64,000 nucleotides of DNA, from positions 138,944,001 through 139,008,000 of the forward strand of contig NC_058368.1 in assembly GCF_018350175.1 (NCBI RefSeq), given 5' to 3'. Under the pieces are notes generated by a model that was not told where the DNA came from, made no database searches, and saw only the letters and a list, made by a program, of their open reading frames with translations. Shown one piece after another: positions 34,642 to 47,332 of the stretch; within the stretch, counting starts at the first letter, position 1, and the number at the start of each line of letters is the position of its first letter. The DNA is from Felis catus (lineage: Eukaryota). The position numbers and the translations under genes are program-made.

Positions 34642-37600
34642 CGACGGCGAGGAGCTGGAGAAGAGCGTGTCGGGGGAGTTAATCGAGAGAGGAAGCGGGG
34701 GAGGGGGGGGCTGCGGAGAGTAGAGAGAGACAAAGCGGACACGGTGCCTGAGCCACTAGCAGCTGCAACCCTCAGGGACCGAGAGTAGCAGAAGTTTGGC
34801 CGGGTCGGAGTGCCTGCGCCTCTCTGGCCCAGCCCGGTGAATGGATAGCCCCGGAGCTGAGGGACCCTGGGCAGGGGAGGCACCCGGCTGTGCGCTCCGC
34901 GAAGCCGGAGCCCGCGAGATGCTCAGGAAAGGTGGCGAGGGGCAGGCAAGGTGCCCGGCGCACGCGCGCTGCGTGGGACACCTGGAGCGAGGGCAGTGGC
35001 GAGGGCAGGGGCACAAGTTTGGCCACTCCGGGGACACTGCAGGTCGGCCAAAGGCGGCCCGTGGGGTTTCTCGCTGACAAGGGGCAGCCAGACTCGAGCC
35101 CCTGGCGTTTCCCCTGTGCCCCGCCGCCCCACCGCCCCACCCCGGCGGGTGCGGCACCCGCGGCCGGACTCTGCCCCACGCTGCGGGGAGCAGCAGCAGC
35201 CGCAGTCGGGCGCTGTCCCGCGGGGCGCGCACCACGTGCTCCGCAGCCAATCGCCGCCGCCGCTTGATTCAAAGCGAGCTGCTCAAAGGAGCGGCCACGC
35301 CGCCCCCTCTCCCTGGCGATAGAGCCGAAATCGCCCTTTCGGGCTGGGCCCTTCCTGTCTTTTATCGCTCCGTTGTGTTTAGCTTGGAGCTCAGCAAAGA
35401 AATGGCCCAGCGCGCCTGTTTGAAGCGCCGCGTGCCAGGAGGAAGGAAGGCGGTTCGAAAACTCATCTCGCGTGGCGATCGCCCTTTGCGAAATCCATTT
35501 CTGATCTTTGCACTAAGGACTGGTTTTCCAGCGGGAGCTAAAGCTCGTGTTTGGATTTTATTAGGTATTTGGAATACAATCTATGAATGAACTGTAGCGA
35601 TTACCTGTCCAGCCACCTCGTTTTGCACGTTGGGAAAGTGGGGCCCAGGGTGATGTGAATTGTCCAGCTCGAGGTCCCACGGCCACTTAGCAGTGGCCTC
35701 GCTCTGCAGCTCGAGTAAGGATCCACCGAGCAAGGGTTTTCTCCCCTCTCCGCCCCCCCCCCCCAGCTTTCCTCTAAACACTAGACGCAGAAATGGTTTA
35801 CACAGGCTGAGGAGGCCCCACCTAGAGCTCCCGGTGTCCAGAGGCTGCCTGAACCAAGACTCTGTCGGTTCTTTATTCTAATCCACACTTTTCTGTACCC
35901 CGGTCCCTGCCGGTCTGCGCTGAGAAATTTTGCTCCTTGCGTGCAAGGAAAGACAGTGCCCTCTGAAGTCCTTTGTTAGCATTAACTCGCCAGCCTCACC
36001 AGGAGCCTTTCCGAGTCTGTTTCATAGTTTAATTCTTTATGCGGGGCCTCAGCTCCAGACTGCTTCACAAAGCCAGGGACGGCTGGATCAGCTCATGGTA
36101 AGAGCCACGTGCAGCGACTCTGGGGTTGGCCAGGTGAAGAGCCGACCCTGTTCCTGAAGGAGAGGTGGATAAAATCAGGCCGGACCAGAGAGAGTGTAGA
36201 CACACACCAGAGGCAGGTGCTGAAAAGAGGCGAAGTGGCTATGTGCAGCTCTAGCACCCCCCCCCCCCCCCCCCGCTTTTAAAAACACGTTTCTGTAGCC
36301 TGTGGAGAGGTGTGGAGGAAGTCCATCAGGGCAGCCGCAAAGGCACCTTCTAGAAGCGCTTTGTCTGTCTGGGTCGTGGGCTCAAAGTAGGCACGCTGGT
36401 TTGAAGAGCCGGATGCAACGTCTTCCTTTGGGGGGATCGTTCTGTTTAAACTGAGAGGTTAACACTTTTTCTCATTAAGGAGAAGTATCTGTTTCTTACT
36501 TCAGTTACTTACCCAATCTACGCCTAGCTGATCTTGCCTAGAAATATAAAACATGTGCATAGCTCAGTTGGTTGGCTGGGCATTTTGTCCCAGGAAGCCA
36601 CTGAGTTGGGAACAGCCAATCTGTTTCTGTTGCATCTTCACCACTTGGAAACTGCAGTGTCCTCAACCGACGGGACAGCAGCATTTATCTCTCTTTGCAC
36701 AAAACTCTGCTAAGCAGGGCAGGGATGCTGTGGACATCGTGTCATCGTCCACCGATGCCATTTTCCTGGTCTCTTCAACCTAATGTTGCCGTCCTTCTAG
36801 GCTGCAAGAAAAGAGAAGGAAAAAAATGTTGTAGCTTTAGGAAATCTTGAAATGTGTTCAGTGACCATCGACATTTGCTTCATCTGCCTCAGGGAGATAA
36901 GCAACATGAGGCAGGGGAAAGAAATGAGCTTACGGGGGGCGTAAAAGTGAAAGATATGTTCCTGCTGAGAGCTAGAGGAACTAAACTTGCATCTGGGGGA
37001 AAATGTGTGTGCCTTCAATGACCTCCTACAAACTGCACTGGTTTGCTTGAACCGCTGTATCAAAAGTTTTCAGGCCTGTGTGCAGTTTCTAGTGTTTATT
37101 TCACAGCTGAGAGCGATTTGCAAGTTAGCATATTTCCGATCATAGCTACTCAAATTGTCATTACTCCAGCCAATCCTAAAGGTAGTCCTTATCACTTCCC
37201 TCACAGGACGAGAAGGTGAGCAAATCTTGTGTCTGTACAGGAAGAACTCTCTAGACAGGCCTGTGATCAAACTGGACAACCACAAACGTGGTAGCTATCT
37301 GAGGCATAAACAACTCAGGAAATGGTATGGATCCGTGTCATAAAATGGCCACCACCTGACCCAAGATGTCAGGCCAGTCCCAAAGGCCCCCGGGAGCTGG
37401 TCTTTGCCTCTGCCTTGTGACACCAAACCAAGGTCTCATTTTTAATGCTATTAAGAAGCTGTGCCCAAGGCTTTGGCCTTGTTATCTCCCTTAACAACGT
37501 TATTCTGTTAGGCTGCAAAATAAGCAGCATGGGGTTAAATGTATTAGCTGCCTTCAAACCTAATTTATCTTCATTCCTTCCTAATTTACACTCGGGCTGA

Positions 37601-38508
37601 ATTAATGAGAATGATTTAATTAACACAGTGAGACCACGGTACCAGGGACAGGACAGCTCAGGGGATTAGACCAAACAGTGGGCTATGCAGCTGCCATCCT
37701 GCCTCCTGTGGTCCCCCAAAGCCCCGCCCGAATTTCAGACGTGTCCCCTGCCAGGCTTCCCAAAGTGTCTTCTTTGTTCTTCGGTTCACTTCCTGAATCT
37801 GTGTGTGGAAAATGGCACTGCTTTCCTTCCTCGTGTAATTTCCAAGACGGGCTCCAGGGCTGTGGCCCGTAGAATCCGTGTGGCAGAGGGGCCAGCTGCT
37901 CACCAAAGCCTTGTGTTCTTCCTCCCTAGCGCCCCCCCCCGACCCACCCCGTGTTGGGTTTGTGCTGGGACATGCACCCAGAGCCAGGGACAGCATCCCC
38001 CGTCTGCGCTTGCCTTGGGATCAATACCTGTGGAAGGAAAGGGAGGGAAGTGGGACGGGCGGGCAGAGTTCGGCTGGGATAAATGCGGTCTCAGCGGAGG
38101 CCTTGGGTGGCCCTGTGGGCAGGTCTGGAGTGGACATGACCCTGCAGAGCTGCCCCCGTAAAAGCCAGAAGGCCAGGGCTTAAAGGGCCGCATCCACCGG
38201 TTGCTGAGCGCGGGCTACCCAGGAAAAGGCCCAAGGCCTTGGCCAAGGTGGCACTCGTCCACAGAGTCCCCAGTTCTGTAGAGGGCAGGTGGCTGAGGAC
38301 CTTCTGCTGCCAGCGCCCCCAGAGCTGGGGGAGGGAGTCCTCTCTCGTTCGAGGATTTGAGGGACTCAGCTCTGTGCCCATTTCAACGCTTCCCCTTAAC
38401 ACAGATACTCAAACCTAGAAAAGTGAGACCTCAGTTCCTCCCAGCACTCCTCTTACTTTCAAAAAGATGGGGATTTTTTTTTAGTCTGGCTATTTATTAA
38501 AAATTACA

Positions 38509-38745
38509 GGGGCACCTGGGTGGCTCAGTCGGTTAAGCGTCCGACTTCAGCTCAGGTCACGATCTCGCGGTCCGTGAGTTCGAGCCCCGCGTCAGGCTCT
38601 GGAATGATGGCTCGGAGCCTGGAGCCTGCTTCTGATTCTGTGTCTCCCTCTCTCTCTGCCCCTCCCCCGTTCATGCTCTGTCTCTCTCTGTCTCAAAAAT
38701 AAATAAAACGTTAAAAAAAATAACAAAATAAAAAAAATAAAAATT
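38509..38745 (+). mobile_element. SINEC
   Basis: TSD taaaaattaca. Confidence 0.95.
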
Positions 38746-39124
38746 ACAAGGAAAATTATAAAGTAAGTTGGTCAATATGAGAAGTTATCAGCATTGTAGA
38801 AGTCAGTTATTTTCCTCTGGGAACAAACAAGAACTCTGAACTGATGGTTTTCTGAATTTTGGTTTCCCACCTTCTGCATGTATGTCTTTTCAACTGTATT
38901 TGTGTCAAATATATGTTAGGATAAACCTTGAGAATATTCTTAAAATTGTATCCAAATGGACACGGTCGTATTCTAAAATTTCAGTTGCTTCCTGTATCCA
39001 TTATGTGTGCCACCACCTTCCATGTATTTTGTGAATTAAATTGGGCTATAGCATTACTTTTTAATTTCAAATTCCAGTTGTTCATGGCTGATCTATACGA
39101 ATACAATGGACTTTTGTATTAGGA

Positions 39125-39329
39125 CTTTTTTTTTAAAGTTTATTTATTTATCTTGAGAAAATAGAGACAGGGAGAGCAGGGGAGGGGCAGAGAGAGGGAG
39201 AGAGAGAATCCCAAGCGGGCTCCCAGCTGTCAGTGCAGAGCCCAACGCGGGGCTCGAACTCACGAACTATGCGCCCCTGACCCGAACCAAAACCAAGAGT
39301 CGGATGCTTAAGTGCACCACCCAGGCGCC
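39125..39329 (-). mobile_element. SINEC
   Basis: Consensus match; flanking gactttt repeat. Confidence 0.9.
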
Positions 39330-39859
39330 ACTGTTTTATGACTTTTCATAGAAAGTTGTGTGTGAAAGTGTATTTGTGTCGTTTCGGTGCCGAGCCCACC
39401 ATTCAGAGTTATGGTAGCTGGGAGATTCACTCTTCCTTTGAGACTGACCATCACGTCCTGCAGCCCCAGGTAACATTGCAAGGGGTAGACTGTTTCCTGG
39501 CTGCTTACAGGACTGCAGAGGGGGATACATCTGAGCCACTTGTCCTTGGTGTCCGTCTATAAAGTCTGGTCTTTACTAAATCAAGCAATCTAGGCTGCCT
39601 GTGTTCTTTCTTCTCCAAAGCCCTTCCATGCAACGATCTTCACAGTCTGCTGTAGGTTATGGATTTTAGGGTCAGGATTTTAAAGCCGCATTTATTATTT
39701 TTTCTCTGATTATAAAAGCAACACATGGTAGACATTTGGGGGGAAAAACACAAAAAAGTAAAAGAAAAAAACCGTGAAACCGCCATTTGGAGTTAATGAC
39801 ATTTAGCACTTCAGTTCCGTCTTTCTATATCCATAAAGTGTCTTATTTTTAGCAGTTAA

Positions 39860-40080
39860 GCCGTCAAGGATAGAGCCTAGAATCAAGCTGGACTTCCTGT
39901 ACTAGCTGGGTGTTTGAGGGGCAAGCTTCCTAGTATCCTGGTGCCTTAGTTTCCTGGTTCTTTGCAATGGGAGGTCATATGAGCACCTGGCTCCGAGCAT
40001 TGTTTTGCTGATTAAATAAACTAGCATATGGAAAGCACAGAGGGCAGTGCCTGGCTTGCGGTGAGCCCTGGATAATGCCT
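39860..40080 (+). mobile_element. MIR
   Basis: actagctgggtg...gggcaagc...tgccttagtttcct...aaagcacagagggcagtgcctggc. Confidence 0.55.
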
Positions 40081-42429
40081 GCTTTATGCCTGGATAATGC
40101 CTTAGTAAGCTGTTTAAGAATGGTATTCCTACAGCTATTTCCTCCCGAACCTTCCCAAGTAAAAGTAACTTGAATCGTTATCAAAGTTCCTATTTCCACA
40201 TTTGCCCAGTAGCATCGGGTTAAAGGACACTTCCTGTCTTGAGTGAAATTAGAGGTTCTCTTGGCGTCTGTATGTAAGGGTCTGCTTTTCTCCCACACCC
40301 AGGAACCCGACAGCGCGTGCAATAAAAGCTCAAATTCACGGGGTTTGCCTTTGCCCCCTCCTATCACCTATCGATACTGTCTTCGTGTCTTACACTGGGG
40401 CCACCGGTCTTCAGCTGAAGACAGAGAAACAATATTTTTACTCTCCACTTCCTTTAGCAAACTGAACTGCTGGAAAGGGAAACGTATTTAAGAAGTCACA
40501 CGGTTAAAAAAAAAGCAGCCGCTAGCTATTTTTAGAAGGTGGCCTGGCAAAGACAGAGCACGCATGGACCGGAAGCTCCTACTTTTTCCTGCCCTGCAGA
40601 TCTTCAGGGTGTACTTAGTAAAAGCTCACACCTATCTATCAGAATCACACCCGGCCTCTGAGGGGGTGTGGCTTTTTACAGCCCAGGGGCATCTGAAACC
40701 ATTCCCCACCCCACTATTTTCCATAATCTTTGAGTGCCCCAAGGCTCCCGGATCTAAACTCTTAATTTGTTCTAAGTAATTACATTAAAGAATTGATCAT
40801 TGTTCCAAGCAGTGAAAATGAGTTTTGTTGGGCCTATATGCCTCGCGTCCAGGGCAAGATGCCAAGTCCCTGAGCATGTCTGGGCATGAAAAGGGGACCA
40901 GGAGAAGGGACCTTTGTGGTCCAAGAGCTTGTACCTTCAAATGAATATTAAAAGGATTTTATGGCCCTCTGTGAGCCCAGACTTTACTCACTGCACGGAG
41001 TTCAGCGCAGACAGGAGTCTGGAAAAAAACCAACCAACCAGCCAAACAAGCTGCAAGTTACCATTACCAGAATGAAGAAAGAATAAAAAAGGAGAAATGC
41101 GAAATGTTGACAGACGCGATGTCTTCAAATTCCCACACTTGTCTCTCCTCGTGATTTTGAAATAACAGCGTGAGTGAGGACATAAATGCACGTAGACACG
41201 CATTCACCAATTTCTGTTGGCCTCGTGGGAAATCTTTGGAAAGCATTCGGTATAAAATCCCAAATAATTAACGGTAACATTTTTTAAACGTCACGTCTAT
41301 TCAAATAGTTACAAATCAGTTTTCACACCCACAATTATCTTGAGAAGTGAGTGGTTTCCTTCACTCACCCAATCAATCAGTCGTTCATCCAGCAAGTATT
41401 TATTTACAGGCATCATATATGAGTACTTGGTGCTGGGGATATTCTCCAGTACCGCGAAGTTTTTCAGCCCTACGCTGTGATGTGACACTGTGTAGGCTCG
41501 GCTTGCCATCAGCATATTTGTATTTTGCGTTTTGAATATCTCAGTCCAACTCTGAAGCCATGGACAGAAATCACATATAGGGAAACTTGAGAGGGAATGG
41601 CGGGGCCAAAAAGGAGCTCAGCTCCTGCCACCCTTATTAGACTGCTAGTTTGGAAGAGAACCACGAGAATGCAGACCGCCTGGATTGTGAAGCGGTCCTC
41701 TTCAAGTGCCATTTTTCACCCAAAGATTATAAATAAAGCCATTATTGCCTCATTTAAAAAGGGCCTGTTAAAAATGGCAACGTGGCTTGTCACGGCTCGT
41801 AATGGCATCGGCCAAGAAAGAAACAGGCGAACCTCAGAGGCAGAAGTAGGGGGTGAGTGGCAACATTGCACCCTCCTCGCTCTTAACAAAGGCTTCTGTT
41901 TTCTGGAGGTTATGAGTGTTGCCACAGGAGAAGGAAACATCCCAGAGTTCCCTAAAACTGCGTATCAGCCTCTTCTACGTCTTTTCCCCGTCACTTTGAT
42001 GCCAAAAATGAGAAGGAACACCAGCTCTAGACTCTAATTTTTCAGACAGTGGTTTCAGAAAGATCCTTGATCAGTTTCAAAGAATTGCCTCTGTTGCACG
42101 TGTGTGTTTTTAAAAACTTCTACACACAATTTTACGGTTTAAAATTTTTGTTTTAATTTGTCAAGTCTCAAGTTTTTGTGTTTGTCCTAGTACAGACAAA
42201 AGGTTGTTTTGTCTTGTTTTGTCTTGTTTTGTTTTGTTTCGTTTCCCTGTTGGGTACCTAAGAAATTAACTGCCACACCCAACAAAGCCAGAAAATGAGA
42301 CACTGTAGCTCAAGACGCACAGCTGGTAGACCACGGTGCAGAATTTGGATGAGGCAACAGTGCCCTCTCCTGGCTCCAACGAAGAACTAATTACAGAAGA
42401 AACAAAATTCGAGACCAATCCTAGAGGTG

Positions 42430-42680
42430 CGGTTCGCATTGCGGCCACAGTTAACAACACTGTATCGTGTTGTGACAAGAGGGTAGGTCTTACGTTAAAT
42501 GCTATTATCACAATAATAAGAAAGAAAGAAGGTGGGAGAAAACTTTTGGAGGTGACGGATACGTTTATGGCCTAGATGTGGTGATGGTTTCACGGGTGTG
42601 TAATTATCCCCAAACTCATAAGTCATATGCATTGAACACATACAGCTTTTTGTAGGTCGATCATACTTCAATATAGTGGG
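42430..42680 (+). mobile_element. Old L1 (L1MB/MC-type) 3' fragment
   Basis: aacttttggaggtgacggatacgttt...gtggtgatggtttcacgggtgt...caaactcat. Confidence 0.65.
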
Positions 42681-42689
42681 TGGGTTTGT

Positions 42690-42885
42690 TTATTTGTTTT
42701 TTAGTTTATTTTTATTTATTTTGAGAGAGAACAAAGGGGGAGGAGCAGAGAGAGAGAGGGAGAGAGAGAATCCCAAATAGGCTCTGTGCTAACAGATGCA
42801 GGGCTCAAACTCAGGAATGGTGAGACCATGACCTGAACCGAAGTCAAGAGTCAGACACTTAACCGACGGAGGCACCCAGCTCCCC
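42690..42885 (-). mobile_element. SINEC
   Basis: TSD agtgggtg. Confidence 0.9.
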
Positions 42886-43621
42886 CAGTGGGTGTTGTTG
42901 TTTTTTTTAAGGCCCATATTGAAAAAGAAAAGGTGAACATAGTGTTGAAACTCCTTGTGGAAACTTTTGAGCAGCTTCATAGCGATAAAGGCCATGCTTC
43001 AAATGCGCAATGCCAAGTGTAATCCAAGGTCTGGCCAGTCCGCAACAATGCCCTGCTAATCCTGTGCTCTATAAACCGGCAAGCAGAGGGCACCACTGAG
43101 TCATGTCTCTCCTCAGCACAGGCTGGGCAGTTCCCAGCTGGTCAGTCTAGTGCCATTGCCCCCTCCTGCGTACAATACTAATATAAGTTGTCCTCAAGGC
43201 TGCTGGACAGGGACCCATATGTCCACTGGGATGGTCTTGGAAGTAATAAGAATGACTAGCAACCCTAACATTTATGTACATACACTAAGCACTATGTACC
43301 CATCTCATATTATAATCCCAACAACCCTAAAAGATTAAAGATCTCACCTATTGAAGCCAGAACCTAAAGTGGTTTGTATCCTGTTAGAGGTGAGTTTCTA
43401 ACCACTGACATACACTGCCTCCTCCATTTTCCTGATCAACTAGGGCTTCTGCTTTTCTGTCCCGGGGAATGTCAGCTTTAGCCACCCAGCACACATGCAG
43501 CAAATTTACCAGAGAAGAAGAAATGAATTGCTTGGTTTGCTTTGCTTTGCGTTGACAGGTCTGATGAAGGCATGACAAATGAGAAGCTGCCATCAACTGG
43601 TTAAAATTACGTGTGTGTGTG

Positions 43622-43819
43622 TTTTAAAGTTTATATATTTTTGAAAGAGAGATAGAGAGAGACAGAGCATGAGCGGGAGAGGGGCAGAGAGAGAGGGAGA
43701 CACAGAATCGGAAACAGGCTCCAGGCTCTGAGCCTGACGCGGGGCTTGAACTCACGAACCGTGAGATCATGACCTGAGCTGAAGTCGGATGCTTGACCGA
43801 CTGAGCCACCCAGGGGCCC
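43622..43819 (-). mobile_element. SINEC with internal deletion
   Basis: Consensus match lacking one ctgtcagcacagag segment. Confidence 0.9.
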
Positions 43820-44189
43820 TCCTCTACTGAACTTTTAGAAGAAAGATACCAAACACAAGAAACGATGTCCCTGTTGGAGATTTCTTATAAAAGTAAATGA
43901 TATCTACCTAAACGACGAATCAATAAGTAGCATCTCAAATTGTTTAAAATAGCAGTAGAGGGGTGATTTGACAGATGGAGGGTGTAGCTGAAGAGCAGAA
44001 AACAGCAACTGCTCCCCCTGGCGGCCCTCTGCAGGGAGGGCAGGTTGGGAGGGGTTTACTGAACAGGGTATGGCTGCTCTGTCCTCTCATCCTTCTGTAC
44101 CATTTGCACATCCATCTGCATTTAAAAGAAATTTTTAAAAGTCAATGACAAAAAGGAAAAAGGAAATCTTAAAGCAATACCTATGTAGT

Positions 44190-44690
44190 ACCTCAGTGGG
44201 TCAGAAGTCCCAGCAGAGAGCCCTCAACTGGGTCCCCTGTTCAGGGCTTCCCAAGGCCGAAGTCTGGGTTCCACCAGCCTGGTGTCTTCCCTAGAGGTTC
44301 GGAGGGAGTTTCCACTTCCAAACTCATTTCAGTTATTGACAGAATTCAGTTGCTTGAGGTTGTAGCACTGGGATCCCCATTTTCCCATCACAGAACCCCC
44401 TTCATCTTCAAGCCAACAGTGGTGCATGGAACCCCTCGCAGGCTTGGCATCTCCAACTTTCCCTTTTACTACGTCTATCTGATTTCCTCTTTGGGCTTCC
44501 TTTTTGGTTTTTAAGGGCTCCTGTGATTAATCTAGGCCTACCTGGATAATACAGGATAATCTCCCTCTCTTAAGGCCAGCTGTTTAGTGACCTTGATTAT
44601 ATCTGCCACGTCCCTTCTCCTCCTAATATAACCATGGGCATGACATGGGAGGGCAGAGACAGTGGAGGCCAGAATTATGCCTGCCACACA
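44190..44690 (-). mobile_element. MLT1-type MaLR LTR
   Basis: gtgggtcagaagtcc...ccacttccaaactcatt...gacagaattcagtt...ggataatctccct...ctgccaca. Confidence 0.65.
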
Positions 44691-44711
44691 GGTTTAAATA
44701 GAAAGATAAAA

Positions 44712-44878
44712 CCGGTGGTGGGGTAAATGGGTGATGGGCATTAAGGACGGCACTTGTTGGGATGATTACTGGGTGTTATAGTGTTAGTGTTATTACTGGG
44801 TGTTATAGTGTTAGTGATGAATCACGGGTTTCTACTCCTGAAGCCAATACTACGCTGTATATTAACTAGAGAATAAAA

Positions 44879-44880
<2 letters not shown>
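44712..44880 (+). mobile_element. 5'-truncated carnivore LINE-1 3' end
   Basis: gggtgatgggcattaagga..ggcacttgttgggatga..actgggtgttata...gaataaaaaa; TSD gaaagataaaa on both sides. Confidence 0.8.
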
Positions 44881-44926
<46 letters not shown>

Positions 44927-44985
44927 GAAAGAAAGAAAGAGAGAAAGAAAGAAAGAGAAAGAAAGAAAGAGAGAAAGAAAGAAAG
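44881..44985 (+). repeat. Compound (GAAA)n tetranucleotide microsatellite derived from an L1 tail
   Basis: gaaa units with gagaaa interruptions directly after an L1 3' end. Confidence 0.95.
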
Positions 44986-45204
44986 ATAAAATCAACGGTT
45001 CTTGGAAATGGATTGAACGGACAATAATTCTATTCTTCCTCAAAGACAGATTCAAGTGGAGAGAAGTTACAGCCCAATATCGGGGTACAGGCTACTGTTA
45101 TTTGTGAGCTAGTATCATCCTATGTTTTGTGGGTCTGTTACTCAGTCTGAGTCATGAAACTGGTCAGAGGAACAGGACTGAGCTCTAGCCCCAGCTCTGT
45201 GCGA

Positions 45205-45589
45205 TGTTAAAAACAAGACACCGGGTCCCGAAGGAAGTTGCTTATGCTGAACCCCATGTCACCACACCAAGACTGAACTTGATTAGGGTTTCAACTCTTC
45301 CAGAAATGGAATGTTCAACTAGTCAGTCAGAAATCTGATCAGCACCAGTTAGGTAACAGACAGACCCCTGCCCTCCCCTAAAGGAAAGTAACTTTGCAAT
45401 AACCAGCCCGCTCTTAATATAATTTCCTCGTTCCTCCTCCCTTCTGTCTAGAAAAGTCATTCACTTTTTGTACAGCATCTTACAGCTGGCTTTTTCCTCT
45501 CAGCTAGATCTGACGCTGCCCAATTTGAGCCAACTTTTGCTCAAATAAACTCTTAAAATTTTGAATGTGCCTCAGTTTATCTGTTAACA
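45205..45589 (+). mobile_element. Solo ERV LTR (~385 bp)
   Basis: Inverted termini TGTTAA...TTAACA; AATAAA at 45544; appears to interrupt a MIR-like sequence. Confidence 0.65.
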
Positions 45590-46162
45590 GAATCCTTGGG
45601 CTGGTCAGTCCACCTCTTGGGGCCTGGGTTTTCTAATTAGTCAAAAAGGAATTGAACCAGATAGTTCCTTCCCCCCTCCCCCCCCCCAAATGTTACTTTT
45701 TTATACAATACGGAGTCTGCATAGACATCCCTTAAAACGATATAATGGTTTGGGCCTTTTAGAACGATTTTCACAATGCAAGGCAAGGTTCGCAGTCATC
45801 AAATAATATGCCCATTCAGAGACACCTGCAGTTTGTAGAGTGTTTTTTGCTTTATAATCCTCAGACGCCCTTGGCAAGGTGAATATTAGAGTTATCGGGC
45901 CCCTTTTCCCTGATAAGAAACTGGGTCAGAGAGAATAAAGAACTTGCCTGGGATCACATGGTTGCTAAGTGGCGATGGTTGTGGTCTGAACACAGGTTCT
46001 GCAGAGGATCAGACCACCTTTGTCTTTTTACCACCCCGTGGCCAGCCCCTCTCCCAGAACTCAGCTGTAAAACAATAGATATTTGTGGAATGAATACATG
46101 AATGGTGTCACAAATGAACGAACACCTCTTCCAACTACCTCACAAAGAAATATCCAAAATGC

Positions 46163-46383
46163 GGGGCGCCTGGGTGGCGCAGTCGGTTAAGCGTCCGACT
46201 TCAGCCAGGTCACGATCTCGCGGTCCGTGAGTTCGAGCCCCGCGTCGGGCTCTGGGCTGATGGCTCAGAGCCTGGAGCCTGTTTCCAATTCTGTGTCTCC
46301 CTCTCTCTCTGCCCCTCCCCCGTTCATGCTCTCTCTCTGTCCCAAAAATAAATAAACGTTGAAAAAAATTAAAAAAAAAAAAA
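46163..46383 (+). mobile_element. Young felid SINE
   Basis: Perfect 19-bp TSD aaagaaatatccaaaatgc (46144-46162 / 46381-46399). Confidence 0.97.
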
Positions 46384-47332
46384 GAAATATCCAAAATGCA
46401 TTCATTGCTCTGTACTTGCTAAGGCAAGAAGGTCTAGCAAAGCATTCAGAACACGTTTGCAACTTGGGCTGAGCCTAGATGATCCCCTTACCTTATCGGG
46501 GAAAACCCCATTTCCACAGTATTTTGCTTAATCAGGGTTCCACTGGATGCCTCAAGAAATAGGACCGCATTCAGAGCCGTGACTGAGAAGAAATTTTCCC
46601 CCAACCCCCAAACGGGAACCATGATCAGCAGATGACGGATGCCTCTTCGCAAGAACTTGGGCCTTCGTGGAGGCGTGGACCCCTCCCACTGTGGACCAAC
46701 CGGCATCACTGTGCTTTTCCTCTCGAGACAAGAAGTGCCAAGTCACCCAAACAGCAGGTCGCCCAAAGGTGAAGTAATTCATTTCTGTTCCCTGGTGATC
46801 AATCGGTCTGTATTCTTTGGCGCTAGAAAGGATGAGCCTCAGGTAATGGAAAACCAGAACGCATCTCCCTGTTGGAAAAGCTTTACAATGAGTAGCCGGT
46901 TGTTAATTCTAACACGCCAGCACGAATCTTGTGGTTTGGTAGGTAGTCTGTTCACCGGCTCTGTGTAAAGCTCCCCCCATGCCCGACAGACTAGGAATTC
47001 CCTAAAAAGTCTAACCCTAAATTATTTTCACTTGATTTAATACCTGACTCTGGAGCAATGAGTCTAACACAGAAATTAAATCAATGCTCACTTTTATGTC
47101 TGTAGGCAATACGTATACATGCAGCATCTATAAACAACAATTCGTGTCCATTTATAACCACACCATGGCTTACGGAGTGGGCGGGATTGTCTCGATCATC
47201 CTGGGAGGTCGGTACTCTCATTATCCCCATTTTGTTAATGAGGAAACAGGAGAAACAATGCCATTTAACTTGCCCACAGTTAGTAAATAGCAAACTCTGG
47301 GCCCAGACTTTCTTATTCAGAACCTTTGCTCT

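Larger units (their letters stand above)
33680..35490. promoter_or_regulatory. CpG island / ENC1 promoter
   Basis: Very high GC and CpG density. GC box GGGGCGGGG 34507-34515, TATA-like 34487-34491, E-box CACGTG 35233-35238, CCAAT 35247-35251, TCF/LEF-like TTCAAAG 35268-35274. Confidence 0.9.

Noticed and set aside
33626..35590. Many 100-250 aa Arg/Pro/Gly/Ala-rich ORFs
   Set aside because: Stop-codon depletion in a CpG island; low complexity in all frames
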